A DNA stretch of 64,000 nt. It comes from Octopus bimaculoides. Lineage: Eukaryota. Of the stretch, positions 1-13,400 are shown in pieces. Position 1 is the first letter of the stretch. Every line of letters begins with the position of its first letter. The notes beneath the pieces are model-generated. The model was not told where the DNA came from. It made no database searches and saw only the letters and a program-made list of their open reading frames with translations. The translations under genes were made by a program, and so were the position numbers. The stretch lies in assembly GCF_001194135.2 (NCBI RefSeq), contig NC_069004.1, positions 2,325,040-2,389,039 on the forward strand. The letters run 5' to 3'.

Positions 1-1589
1 GTAGTGAGTGCTTTTTATGTGCCACCGGCACACACACACACATCGCTTGACAACCGATGCTGGTATGTTTACATCCTCATAACTTAGTGGTTCGGCAAAA
101 GAAACCAATAGAATAAGTACTAAAAGGGGGTGCTCCAGCATGGCCGCAGTCAAATGACTGAAACAAAGTAAAAGAGTATATACACATGACAGGTTCCTTT
201 TAGTTTCCGTCTGCCAAATCCACTCACAAGGTCTTTGTTGGCCCCTGGGCTACAGTAGAAGACAGTTGCTAAGGTGCCATGCAGTGGGAGTGAACTTGGA
301 ACCATCTGGTTGGGAAGCTAACTTCTTACCATAGTCATGTCTGCACCTAGCCACACACAGATACGCACACACATAGAATGTCATTCTCCATGAATGGACT
401 ATCGCATGTTGTCACAAGGTTAACCCTCTCAGATGTCACTGATGCTTACATACATATATGTGTAAAAATATATAGTGAATAAAAATGACCAAAAGGAATC
501 GAAATCGTTTGGGATATATACCAAAAAATCAAAATACAAAAAGTTCCCAAGAAATGGGGACGTTTATCCGTGGAAAGAAAAACCTACGAAAAGACCACGG
601 TAAACTCGGGCAATAATGTTATATTTTAACAAATTTATTTACAAAAAATGTTGTTTAAGAGGTACCCTTGTTTGCAAAGGGCCCCAAGCCACGCGCATTC
701 ACACAACCAATCTTGACCATGATCCTATTGAGTTGTGTGCTTTAAAAACACAAACGAAACGAACAGAGAGTTACTGTTCGAAAGTTCAGTTTCCTTCTCT
801 GGTTTGCCACCAAGGAGGCTACTGTACAGTTTTTTACATAAATATTTTTGACATCCCCCTACCGCATTGGGGTAGAGGGATTTTAGTGTGTGTTACAATG
901 TCGGTGAAATATGGTAAATTTTGATGTGTTCTGGCAGTGTTTGTATGGGTGGTTGCTCGTTTATGATTTACTAGAAATATATTTATATAATACACACACA
1001 CACGTGTGTGTAGGAATATATGTGAAATATATATATATATATATATATATAGATAGATATAGATAGATATAGATATAGATATAGATGTATACATTTGAGA
1101 AATTTGAAAAGAAAATACGAAACTGGTTATTTCTTCTAAAACAATGTCAGTACACACAAAATTTTATAAAATTTTTCAAACATGACGATTTAAATATATT
1201 CTTTAACCTTATAATACAAGTCTTCTGTAGTTTTTTTTTTTTCATTCTATTTTCTCTTTAATACATTTATATATATATATACACATATATATACTTAGTG
1301 CGTGTGTGTGTGTACAAAATAAGTATAGGTGACAAATCTATGGAAGTTGTCAATTCTTATGGGAGACATTACAAGTCTAGAGTAAACATCAATGATAAAC
1401 AAATCAAAGATGTAATATCACATGGTATCGATTTTTCTTATTTTCAATCACTGGAGAATTCGACAACTCTCATTAACATCCCTTAATTTGTTTGTCCACA
1501 AATTAATCAGTATGTAGTTTCAGAAGTTATTTATTTTTTTAAATTTAGGGATATTTTCTTTGCTGTTTCTTATTTTGGTCTTTTGTTAT

Positions 1590-1630
<41 letters not shown>

Positions 1631-1851
1631 AAAACTTGATATTTCATTTTAATTCTTCGTAAACAATGGTGAAGTCGTTAAACTTTGGAGTGCTGGGTGT
1701 GTCTTGGAAAAGGGAATGTGGAAGCATGACGGAGGTGATGTTGTGTATGGTAAATACATAGATCATGCTGTTCAACAGACAAATACAGTAAAAAATATAG
1801 ATGCGTACTTGTCTGTCTGTCCGTCCGTCCATCTGTCTATATGTATGTACT

Positions 1852-2257
1852 CTTTTACTTGTTTCAGTCATTTGACTGTGGCCATGCTGGAGCACCACCT
1901 TTAGTCAAGCAAATCGACCCCAGGACTTATTCTTTGAAAGCCTAGTACTTATTCTAACGTTCTCTTTTGCCAAACCGCTAAGTTACGGGGGACGTAAACA
2001 CACCAACATCGGTTGTCAAGCGATGTTGGGGTGGAGGGACAAACATATACACACACACATACATACATACATACATATATATATATATATGTATGACCGG
2101 CTTCTTTCAGTTTCCGTCTACCAAATCCACTCACAAGGCTTTGGTCAGCCCGAGGCTATAGTAGAAGACACTTGCCCAAGGTGCCACGCAGTGTGACTGA
2201 ACCCGGAACCATGTGGTTGGTAAGCAAGCTACTTTACCACACAGCCACTCCTACGCC
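1852..2257 (-). mobile_element. tRNA-derived octopus SINE, family A (near full length)
   Basis: Minus-strand head GGCGTAGGAGTGGCTGTGTGGT (A box) ... GGTTCAGTC (B box) and tail gctccagcatggccacagtcaaatgactgaaacaagtaaaag. More than 15 further copies or fragments, e.g. 186-350, 8692-8950, 13128-13290, 22600-22760, 24120-24270, 26835-27200, 28240-28630, 41530-41690, 44045-44200, 46165-46310, 47575-47730, 55860-56030, 60365-60760 and 61600-61935. Confidence 0.85.
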
Positions 2258-2417
2258 TATGTATGTATGTATGTATACAATCATCTCCATGAATTAATTC
2301 TTTTATATATTTCAACATCTCTCCTCCATTGTTAAACAAAATTGTTGAGTTTTATGGGATTTCTATCCAATGTGTGTGTGTGTGTATATATATTATATAT
2401 GTATGTATGTATGTTTG

Positions 2418-2452
<35 letters not shown>

Positions 2453-2949
2453 ATGAATAGCCGCCTGACTGGTGGCATGTAATAAGCGCCATCCAAGCGT
2501 GATTGTTGCCAGTTCCGCCTGACTGGCTCACATGCTGGTGGCACATAAAAAAATGCAATGAAAACGAAAATTAACAATAACAGTGAGAGCGAGAAGCAAA
2601 CAAGAAAGTTTCATCCATCATATCTGGAAAACTCCTCCATCGCAACCACCACCATATCTCTCTCTATATATATATTGTTTTATTCTTTTACTTGTTTCAG
2701 TTATTTGACTAGGGCCATGCTGGAGCACTGCCTTTAGTCGAACAAATCGGCCCCAGGACTTATTCTTTGTAAGCCTAGTACTTATTCTGTCGGCCAGTCC
2801 CTTTTGCTGAACCGCTAAGTTACGGGGGTGGGGGACGTAAACACACACCAGCATCGGTTGTCAAGAGACACAGACAAATAAATACATACATCCATCCATA
2901 TATATATCAAATGTATATCAAATATATTTATCAAATGGATGTGTTATAA

Positions 2950-3165
2950 AATTATTCCGCACAACATACAGGAAAAAGGAGAAGGAGAAAGTAGTTTCTG
3001 GGACGGGAAAGTAGGAAGATGGTCAGTAAAGTGTAAAAATTTACCTGGAGGAGTTTTTTTGCAGAGAAGACAAGAAATTCTTTGAGCAAGGAATAATGGA
3101 TCTGCTTACAAGATGGCAGAAGATACTGGAACAAAATATTAATTATATCATTGATTGAATTAAAT
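2950..3165 (+). mobile_element. Mariner transposase C-terminal relic
   Basis: KFFEQGIMDLLTRWQKILEQNINYIID* is the typical mariner C-terminus (FF..GI..L..RW.K). Confidence 0.6.
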
Positions 3166-3629
3166 TGGTTTGTACTTAAAACTTGTGGTTTATTGGAGTA
3201 AGTAGCAGACTTTGAAATAAGTACTAAAGCTAAATTGTTTTACAAAACACTTCATGGCTGTGTTCCAGCATGACAGCAGTCCGGTGACTGAAAATAAATA
3301 AATATAACATGAGAAGAAAGTGAGAAAACGAAAGAAAAGAGAAGAAAAAGAAATATTACCTGAAGAATTGCAATGTGACCTTGTTTGGATGACAGGAATT
3401 TTCAGGTGGGAAAACTTAAATTGTTGATTCTTCAGGTAGGATATCCTACAAGATATTAAATTCCCAGGTATGTAGAGAGAGGTGAAAGGATCCACAGGAG
3501 AGCAGGACAGACATATATCTCTGATGCATCACCACCAGAGCCATCAACACCACCATCTACCACCACCACACCACCACCACCACCCATTCCACCGCCGCCG
3601 CTGCCACCACCGTCACTACCACTCACCAG

Positions 3630-3790
3630 ATAGAGAAATAGACAGACAAACTTACAGACAGATGGATAGCTAGATAAATTGGTAGATAGACAGACAGACC
3701 GACAGATAGATAAATAGATAGATTGACAAATAGACTGACAGATAGACTTACAAAACAGACAGATAGTTAGATAGATAGATAGATAGATTT
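3630..3790. repeat. (GATA/GACA)n tetranucleotide microsatellite (one of dozens of TA, CA, GA, ATC and ATT repeats in the window)
   Basis: Directly visible. Confidence 0.9.
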
Positions 3791-3859
3791 GTGATCTGAC
3801 AAGGCTAAAAATGAAGGAAAACCAAATGAATTGGAATTCAAATAAACAGTAGCTGGATG

Positions 3860-5420
3860 ACATGACTCTGGCTGAGTCTGTTTTTAGGGAACTTCAGTAG
3901 GTTACTCCATCCTTAAAGCTTTTGGGGCTGAAAGTGAACCTGTCCAAGTCTGGGGCGATCAATGTGAGCCAAGGTGGGGCCAAATTTCAAGATCCTGTAC
4001 TCAATATCCTGTCTGTCTTGGCAGGGGCTCACCTGACCCCTAAGGATGCTGTCTGTGTCCTTGACTTCCCAGTCCTCTTGAAAGCCATAACAGGGTGCCT
4101 GGAGGCAAAGCTTACAGACTTGTCCAGGATGACTGAGAGACTACTCCTCATTGATGTGCACCCGACTCTTTTTCTCTCGAAGAATTGCTTTGCTCTGCCA
4201 AGAATCATTTTCTCACAGCGCAGTGCACCGTCCCACCCTCGCAGAAACCATCTTTGATGACTTTGATAACACCATCTAGCACTGTGCCAACATGATTTGC
4301 AATGTCAGCTGACGAGAGGCCTAACTGCTTATTAGATTTGGTGTCCTGGGTCTCTGGTCTGCAGTGGACCTGGCTCTGCTGGCCTATTGCTCCTCACTCC
4401 CCTTCAGTTGCACCCCTCCTTGGCAAGATACCCTATGGGATAGCTGAACCTGATGTGGCCTAGGTACTGGAGTCAGCCTTTGCTGATTGGACCACTGATG
4501 GGCTTGCTATCCCCCAGAATATGGATGACCAATGCAACTGGGACGACATCTGATGTAAGTCCACCCTCAAGCAGTTAGAGGAATTCCTTGCTAAGCAACA
4601 CCTTGCCTGCCTCCATTCCACCACGCAGCCACATAGTGGTGCATGGCTCAATTCAGTGCCCTTCTCGTCTACCAGTATCCTTCTAGATAATAAGTGCACC
4701 CATATTGGGGTCACCCAACTCCTCAGCCTCTGCACAGTAGACAGATTTGGCCTGCTTTCTTTATCCTGCTGCCTAAGCAAGGGCTAATTCCCTGACATGC
4801 TACTCTGAATGATATAATCAGAAGGGGCCTTGATGTGGTTAGCTTTCTGTCTCAACTTGAGCTTGCAGGTCCCAACCACAGTGATGGTAAGGGCCCTGAT
4901 GGGATAACCCTCATCCCATTCAAGGGAGGCAGATCCCTATTCTGGACATGATCTGCTGAGACACATTCTCCAGCTCCATCTGCCACAAACCCCAGTGATG
5001 TCACCCATAACATGGATGAGAGAAAGATGAATAAGTACAAGAGCCTGGCTGCTATCAATTTGTGCCAGTCGTTATTGAGATGTCAGGGGGTTCTAAGACC
5101 CCATACTACCAATTTTCTCCACAAAATAGGGACAGTGGCAGCCCTTCAGAGAAATGAGCCCACAAGGTAGAGTGGTTCCTGCAGCAAGTGTTGCCGGCCA
5201 TTTTCTGTGTCAATATCCTCACGTTCACTACCACAGGACACAGCTGAGCACCCCACTTGTTCAGTGATGTGTAACACTTCGCCCCCCCCTCCTCCATCTT
5301 CCAATGCTTTACTCCTCCACTTTTCTCCTTTTTTTTCTTTCTTTCCTTTTTTTTTTATATCTTTCAATGGTGTTTACTAGGAAATAAAAAGAGAGAGAAA
5401 AGAAAAATAAATAAATAAAC
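3860..5420 (+). mobile_element. Degenerate 5'-truncated CRE-clade (RLE) non-LTR retrotransposon
   Basis: Broken frames give GLKVNLSKS (RT end), LFLSKNCFALPRIIFSQRSAP, RLE core DGKGPDGITLIPFKGGRSLFW and ERKMNKYKSL, then FLHKIG..; A-rich 3' tail. Many stops and frameshifts. Confidence 0.7.
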
Positions 5421-5899
5421 TTGTGTAAAGGATCTGTAAAAAAAAAACTCATCCCACCACACCTTCTCTCTTGCCTAGTCACACAATACCACCACCATCG
5501 CCACCATCACCATTCCAACCCACTGACAACAAAATATGTGTACCACACCTCACATATATCCTGGACACTCCTTGACAAACAAATGCTGCAGCAGTGGTGG
5601 CAGGTGTGGTGGTGTGAAGGTAGTAGAGGCGACAGCAGCAGCAGCAGTAATTGTAGTAGTAGTTGTAGTAGTAGTAGTAGTAGTAGTAACTTCTTGATCT
5701 CTCTTTGAAGGGAGAATCTAAGGAAATTCAAAAGTAGTTGGGAAAAAAACAAATACAAGAATAAAGCAAAAACGAAAAAGAAAAATGGAAAGGAATAATA
5801 ACAACAACAATAACAGCCTGATTAAGGAAACAACTGCCAAGCAGTAAGTTCGACCTGTTAGAAACAGTAGTGAAATCTTCAAAGCGGATTCTACCATCT

Positions 5900-6175
5900 T
5901 CACTGGCATTCCGTCCTGAACAACGATGAGGGTTCCAGTTATCTGGATCAACCGAACAGTCTGTTTGTAATATTAACGTACAGGTGGCTGAGTACTCCAC
6001 AGACATGCATACATTAACGTAGTTCTCAGGGAGATTCAGCATGACACAGAATGCGACGAGGCTGGTTCTCCCCCCTTTGAATTACAGGTACGTCTCATTT
6101 TTGCCCGCTGAGTGAACTGGAGCAACGTGAAATAAAGTGTCTTGCTCAAGGGAACTGAATGCCGCCGGGATTCTG
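5900..6175 (-). mobile_element. SINE family D (copies at about 29150-29420, 30110-30240, 43080-43245)
   Basis: Recurrent cccttgagcaagacactttatttcac.ttgctccagttcactcagc...gtcacattctgtgtca.gctgaatctccctgagaactac. Confidence 0.65.
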
Positions 6176-6394
6176 AGCTGAATACCTCAACCTGCAAAGC
6201 CATGCGTTTTTAGCTTTTTAATAAGTGAAATAGAAAGAGAAACGTGTAGAGATGTTTACTAAATCCAAACCACCACAGCTACAACTAATAACTGCTATTA
6301 CAGCTGATATTGACAGGAGAGTAAGGAGCATTTCTTACATGACACCTCAGTTTAGGAGACGACTTACCATAAGGGATATTCAAAAAACAAAACG

Positions 6395-9300
6395 ATGAGC
6401 TGTTGTGATGTCCATTATGCTTTTAAAAGAATAAAATGTAATAATATAAATAATAGTAACAATAATGATGACGATGATGATGATGACGATGATAATAATA
6501 ATAATGGTAAAAATGACAACAGCAGCAGCAGTACTAACAAGATCTGGACCCTGAAACCCCATGGCTGGACACTGGTGGTTTCTCTCGTTCTGCTTTTAAT
6601 GGCACAGCTAGGATCAGCAGGAACTTGTGACAATCATCATAAACGATTTTCTCCGTACCCTTGCAGGCAAATTGTAAGTAGATGAGTAAACAATTAGCTG
6701 TATATGCATGAGTGTATATAAATGTGTGGGAGTGTATATAAACATGTGTGTGTCTATGTATGTGTGTGTACACGTGTATGTGTTTGTGTGTGTGTATATA
6801 TACACACTGTGTTGAGTTTATATAGGAATGTTCTATAAATAATACACTTAATATATACAAACACACACACACAAATACATATGTACATACACATACACAC
6901 GCATACCAAAACAATCCGAAACCGGTCCCTGTTTAAGAATGCTTTTTTAGGTGATTTTAAATGTCTTGCCCGCTCACGTTTTTGGTATGCTGCTATATTT
7001 CATGTTGAGAACAATTTAGGTCTTAATAGACACAAGATGTGATCTATTTCTAGCGCATTAATTGTCCACGTTAGTGGTCGACGTTATTTTTTTAAAATGT
7101 ACCTTAATCCCCTGAGATTGCAGATAATATTTCTGAATCTCTTTGATTCTTTAGATGTGCTGGCCTCCTGATAATTAATCGATATTAATTAATATATGAA
7201 TAATTACCAGATTTTATNNNNNNNNNNNNNNNNNNNNNNNNNNNNNNNNNNNNNNNNNNNNNNNNNNNNNNNNNNNNNNNNNNNNNNNNNNNNNNNNNNN
7301 NNNNNNNNNNNNNNNNNNNNNNNNNNNNNNNNNNNNNNNNNNNNNNNNNNNNNNNNNNNNNNNNNNNNNNNNNNNNNNNNNNNNNNNNNNNNNNNNNNNN
7401 NNNNNNNNNNNNNNNNNNNNNNNNNNNNNNNNNNNNNNNNNNNNNNNNNNNNNNNNNNNNNNNNNNNNNNNNNNNNNNNNNNNNNNNNNNNNNNNNNNNN
7501 NNNNNNNNNNNNNNNNNNNNNNNNNNNNNNNNNNNNNNNNNNNNNNNNNNNNNNNNNNNNNNNNNNNNNNNNNNNNNNNNNNNNNNNNNNNNNNNNNNNN
7601 NNNNNNNNNNNNNNNNNNNNNNNNNNNNNNNNNNNNNNNNNNNNNNNNNNNNNNNNNNNNNNNNNNNNNNNNNNNNNNNNNNNNNNNNNNNNNNNNNNNN
7701 NNNNNNNNNNNNNNNNNNNNNNNNNNNNNNNNNNNNNNNNNNNNNNNNNATATATATATATATATATACACGTATGTGTGTATATGTTTTTGTGTACCTA
7801 ATCGTTTAGATCACCTGTGTTTGTCCCCTCCCCCGTTGACCAATGCTGGTGTGTTTACGTCTCCGTATCATCGATCAGTTCAGAATAATCAAGCTGAGTG
7901 CTAAGTTCGTGTTCAATAGATTTCATAGCCAATCCACAAAGACTGGTTCACGTTCGTGGTACAATGTAGTATTTTTACAAGAACTTTTTCAGGTGCAACG
8001 TATTATCGTTTTATTTCTTGAAATTCTCCGTTAACATAGATAGTTTATTTCTCTTTCAGCATCTTAACCAAAGTAAATAGATGACTCATCTACGTACTTG
8101 GATCTTAACATAGGGCCCCCTCAACCATGGAGGCCCCGTACAACCACAGGGGTTGCAGGGGTAGCAATGGCCCAGCTTTCACTTTATGTGCATTTGCACT
8201 GTCTGTTTTAACATTAACGAAAACATCTTCCTGTTTTGTTTTTTTTTACTTTCGTTCATACACACTTTCCTTTATCACGCGCACACACACACAAAACAGC
8301 AAATTTGTTCATTGTTTTCTTCTTTTCCATTTTTCACAGAAACGCACCAAAGAAGACCTGACATTCGACTGCACCGTTTGCATCAGACCTTGTATGTTGA
8401 TTCTTTTTCATTATTCAATACAACTTTGCTTCTCTCTTTCTCTTCCACTCTCTGTATATATATATATATATATATATNNNNNNNNNNNNNNNNNNNNNNN
8501 NNNNNNNNNNNNNNNNNNNNNNNNNNNNNNNNNNNNNNNNNNNNNNNNNNNNNNNNNNNNNNNNNNNNNNNNNNNNNNNNNNNNNNNNNNNNNNNNNNNN
8601 NNNNNNNNNNNNNNNNNNNNNNNNNNNNNNNNNNNNNNNNNNNNNNNNNNNNNNNNNNNNNNNNNNNNNNNNNNNNNNNNNNNNNNNNNNNNCTTTTACT
8701 TGTTTCAGTCATTTGACTGCGGCCATGCTGGAGCACCGCCTTTAGTCGAGCAAATCGACCCCAGGACTTATTCTTTGTAAGCCTAGTACTTATTCTATCA
8801 GTCTCTTTTGCCCAACCTCTAAGTTACAGAGGCGTAAACACACCAGCATCGGTTATCAAGCGATGTTGGGGGAACAAACACACACACACACACACACACA
8901 CGTATATATACATATATACGACGGGCTTCTTTCAGTTTCTGTCTACAAATCCACGATAGAATGGGCACCAGGCAAATGGCTGAAACAAGTAAAAGAATAA
9001 AAGAATGTATGTGTGTGTGCATGCGTGTGTGCATATGCATGTATGCATATATACATTTACAAATATACATATCTACACTTCTCTCTCAACTTTACATTCC
9101 AGACTGTAACAATTCTAAAAAACAGAAGAAACTCCAAGAATTTCCAGAATCCAACCTTAAACTCGAAGGCATCAATATTTATGATTATGAATTTAATCCT
9201 GAAATCTATGACAGTGACTTAATTCCAACTCTCAACTTAACCATTTCTCTGCCAAAAGGAGGTCTGTATATTCTTTCTTCACTTGTTCTTTTGTATTCTT

Positions 9301-10452
9301 TTATTCTTTTACTTGTTTTGGCCAATTGCCTGTAGCCATGCTGGAGCTCTGCCTTTTAGTCTAACAAATCGACCCCCAGGACTTATTCTTGGTAATCTAG
9401 TACTAATTCTATCGGTCTCTTTTGCCGAACCACTATGTGCACTAATATACGTAATATTAGTCTTACTTTTCCATTGTCCATCCATGACTTACAATCTACC
9501 CTGAAGATTTATATCAGAGGAACTGGAAGCAAGAGTTGATGCCAGAGATGCCATGGCAGTGGCGGCATTATCATAAATAACATTTATTTATATACTTCCA
9601 GATATATTCATATTCACTCGACATTTTGGCACAGGGCCAGCAATCTTGGGGGAAGTGGGCAAGTTGATTGCAGTAACCCCCCTCCAACTCAAATGGCACT
9701 TATTATATTGACCCCCCCCCAAAAAAAAGACGACAAACAACGTTGACCTCAGTGAAATATGAATGTTGAATTTAATGACAGACAAAATGCCACTGTGCAT
9801 TTTGTTGAGCATGTTAACCCTTTAGTGTTTAAACCGGCCATATCGGGCCCAATATATTCTACATGTTTTTATATTCAAACTGGTGATATCTAGCCTCTCA
9901 CACCTGACCTACATTGACATTCTGAAAATAAACAATCACATCATTGAAACCTCAAAGCTATAAGATAATGCATGATTAATTCAAAACAATTTGAGTGAAA
10001 AAGTATTACATTTAACAGAGTAATCTGAACACTAAAGGGTTAATCATTCTGCAAGCCTGTGGCCTTGTCACTTCACTAAAATATTGGTATTTACCCTTAC
10101 AGAAGCATTACTGCATACGAACGGTGTCCGTCTCGATATATGGAGCTTTGCCAATGGTTCACATTACAATTATCCAGGAATTTGCCGTTATTTACGATTT
10201 TCAAATGTTCAATTTAAGCCTGACAGTAAGCTGGTATGTTTCTTTCATTAAATTGTAGTGCCTTTTTTTTGTTTGTTTGTTATTATTGTTTTGTTTTGTT
10301 TTCTGGTGACCAATTATGGTTGTCACAACTCCTCAATAGAACCCCAATCTCCTAATACCACGAAGACTGCCTTGGTGCAATAGGTGAGCTCTTGGGAGAG
10401 GCTCTATCCCTTAGAGAAACAGGGCAAAAGATATGCAGTGATATATATACAT

Positions 10453-10495
<43 letters not shown>

Positions 10496-13400
10496 NNNNN
10501 NNNNNNNNNNNNNNNNNNNNNNNNNNNNNNNNNNNNNNNNNNNNNNNNNNNNNNNNNNNNNNNNNNNNNNNNNNNNNNNNNNNNNNNNNNNNNNNNNNNN
10601 NNNNNNNNNNNNNNNNNNNNNNNNNNNNNNNNNNNNNNNNNNNNNNNNNNNNNNNNNNNNNNNNNNNNNNNNNNNNNNNNNNNNNNNNNNNNNNNNNNNN
10701 NNNNNNNNNNNNNNNNNNNNNNNNNNNNNNNNNNNNNNNNNNNNNNNNNNNNNNNNNNNNNNNNNNNNNNNNNNNNNNNNNNNNNNNNNNNNNNNNNNNN
10801 NNNNNNNNNNNNNNNNNNNNNNNNNNNNNNNNNNNNNNNNNNNNNNNNNNNNNNNNNNNNNNNNNNNNNNNNNNNNNNNNNNNNNNNNNNNNNNNNNNNN
10901 NNNNNNNNNNNNNNNNNNNNNNNNNNNNNNNNNNNNNNNNNNNNNNNNNNNNNNNNNNNNNNNNNNNNNNNNNNNNNNNNNNNNNNNNNNNNNNNNNNNN
11001 NNNNNNNNNNNNNNNNNNNNNNNNNNNNNNNNNNNNNNNNNNNNNNNNNNNNNNNNNNNNNNNNNNNNNNNNNNNNNNNNNNNNNNNNNNNNNNNNNNNN
11101 NNNNNNNNNNNNNNNNNNNNNNNNNNNNNNNNNNNNNNNNNNNNNNNNNNNNNNNNNNNNNNNNNNNNNNNNNNNNNNNNNNNNNNNNNNNNNNNNNNNN
11201 NNNNNNNNNNNNNNNNNNNNNNNNNCAATGAGGGCAAGAACTATGTGAACTGTGAGGGGCAGTTGACAGTGTTGATCCACCATATTAGTTAGTGTGATGT
11301 GTGTTGGTTTATCATTGTACTGACATTCGAGCAGGATGGAGTGTGTTCTGTGTGAACATAATAATTCTGCGATAGGTTATCACAGATAACCGCATTCAAA
11401 TATTTATTTGGATAATACTATTTTACACCTGACGTTAAGTTCTTTAATGAGTCCAAATTGGTAAGCTTGAACTGTTTCAGAAATTCTTTTGAAGTTGGAC
11501 TGATTCCAAGTATTGCATGGATTGTTCCCAAAGGAAATATGGCAGCAGTAGCCAGGATTGTCTTTTCATCTGTGTGGAAGTAAGAACAGAGAGCTTTAAT
11601 AAATGGTTTATGCATATCTTTGCATGTTTTTTTTTAATTTTATTTTATTTTTCATTTTCTTCGTCAGTTTTGGTTTTTAGGTGGTTTTTAAAATCTCTGT
11701 GCTGTGTAAAGTCAGATAAACCAAATAAAATTAAGATTTATTTTTACAAGAAACAGCATCAAGTCAAAAAAGATTTAGCTCTAAAAAAAAAAACAATGTA
11801 AGTTGTGATTTGTCTATCAATAATTTGTTTGTTTTTTCGTGCAGGCATTGCTGAATCACAATTGCTTCTGGATATCGAAGAATAAAGTAAATATAACATA
11901 CTTCATAAAAATATCTCTCTACCCAAGCACTCAGGAAATTGTCTATGATGCAAAGATTATAGGTAAGCCAGATGAGGTTTCAAATCCTTTTGTATTCATA
12001 CTAGCTATATGAACTGTTTTGTTTTTAACCCTTTAACATTTAAATCAGCCATATCGGGTCCAAATATTCTTACCTGGTTTATGTTCAAACTGGCCTGATC
12101 TGGCCTCTCACACCTACCCTACAATGTCATTCTAAATATAAACAATCACACCATCGAAATTGCAAAGCTATGAGATAATCCATGATTAATTCAAAACAAT
12201 GTGAATGCACACACACACACACACACATAATATACAACTCTCTGTTCTTACTTCCACACAGATGAAAAGACAATCCTGGCTACTGCTGCCATATTTCCTT
12301 TGGGAACAATCCATGCAATACTTGGAATCAGTCCAACTTCAAAAGAATTTCTGAAACAGTTCAAGCTTACCAATTTGGACTCATTAAAGAACTTAACCAT
12401 ATACACAGTATGTCGTTTTAATTCACTTTATTTGAATAAATCTTTTTATCATTTATCTCTGACTTGCTGAAACCACATGACTAAATTATATCAGCTCCCG
12501 ACTTACCACTAAATCCATATTTTAAATGTAAGTGCTAAAAGCTTTCCCTGACTCACACACACACACTCACAGGCTACGCTCTTACTACTTGTCAGCTCTC
12601 ATTAGTTAAAAAATATTTTTGTATAAAAATTGTCATCTGATATTTTCCCTTTTACCAGCTTTCATACTATAAATTAGATAACACACTCACTAGATTGGTG
12701 ACCTCTATAAACGGACACCACACCACAACCTTATCCACCTGAGCCAGATATAATGTCGTTCAGCACTGAAAGAAATCACAAATTGCTGTTTGGATATGTT
12801 CCTTCTACAGATATTCCCTCTCCATGATGCTTTTTTTTTTGTGTGTGTGTGTATGGATTATGCATGGATTATTTAACAGTATGGATTATAAATTTCTTTA
12901 TCTTTCTCTTTGTAGACACAGAACTCAGTCTTATTCAGTAATCTTGATTCTGGAAAATATCAAATAACTGTAAGTTATCAATCAATCAATCTCTCTCTCT
13001 CTCTCTCTTCGGTTCTACCATCATCTAACCAGTCTGTAGAGGCTCCAAATGTAAAAGCATGATGGTTTACATATATGGTAAATGATATAAACTTGCGTTT
13101 GTCGTAATTTCTTATATATAGATGTAGGCATGGCTGTGTGGTAAGAAGCTTGGTTTCCAACCACGTGGTTCCGGGTTCAGTCCCACTGTGTGGCATCTTG
13201 ATCAAGTATCTTCTACTATAACCTCAAGGCGGCCAAAGCCTTGTGAGTAGATATGATAGACGGAAACTGGAAGAAGTCCATCCTATATTTGTGTGTGTGT
13301 GTGTGCATGTGCCTTTGTGTTTGTGAGTCTTTGTGTCATCTCTGTGTTTGTCCCCTACCACCACATGGCAACCTGTGTATGTATTTAATTGTATAATTCA

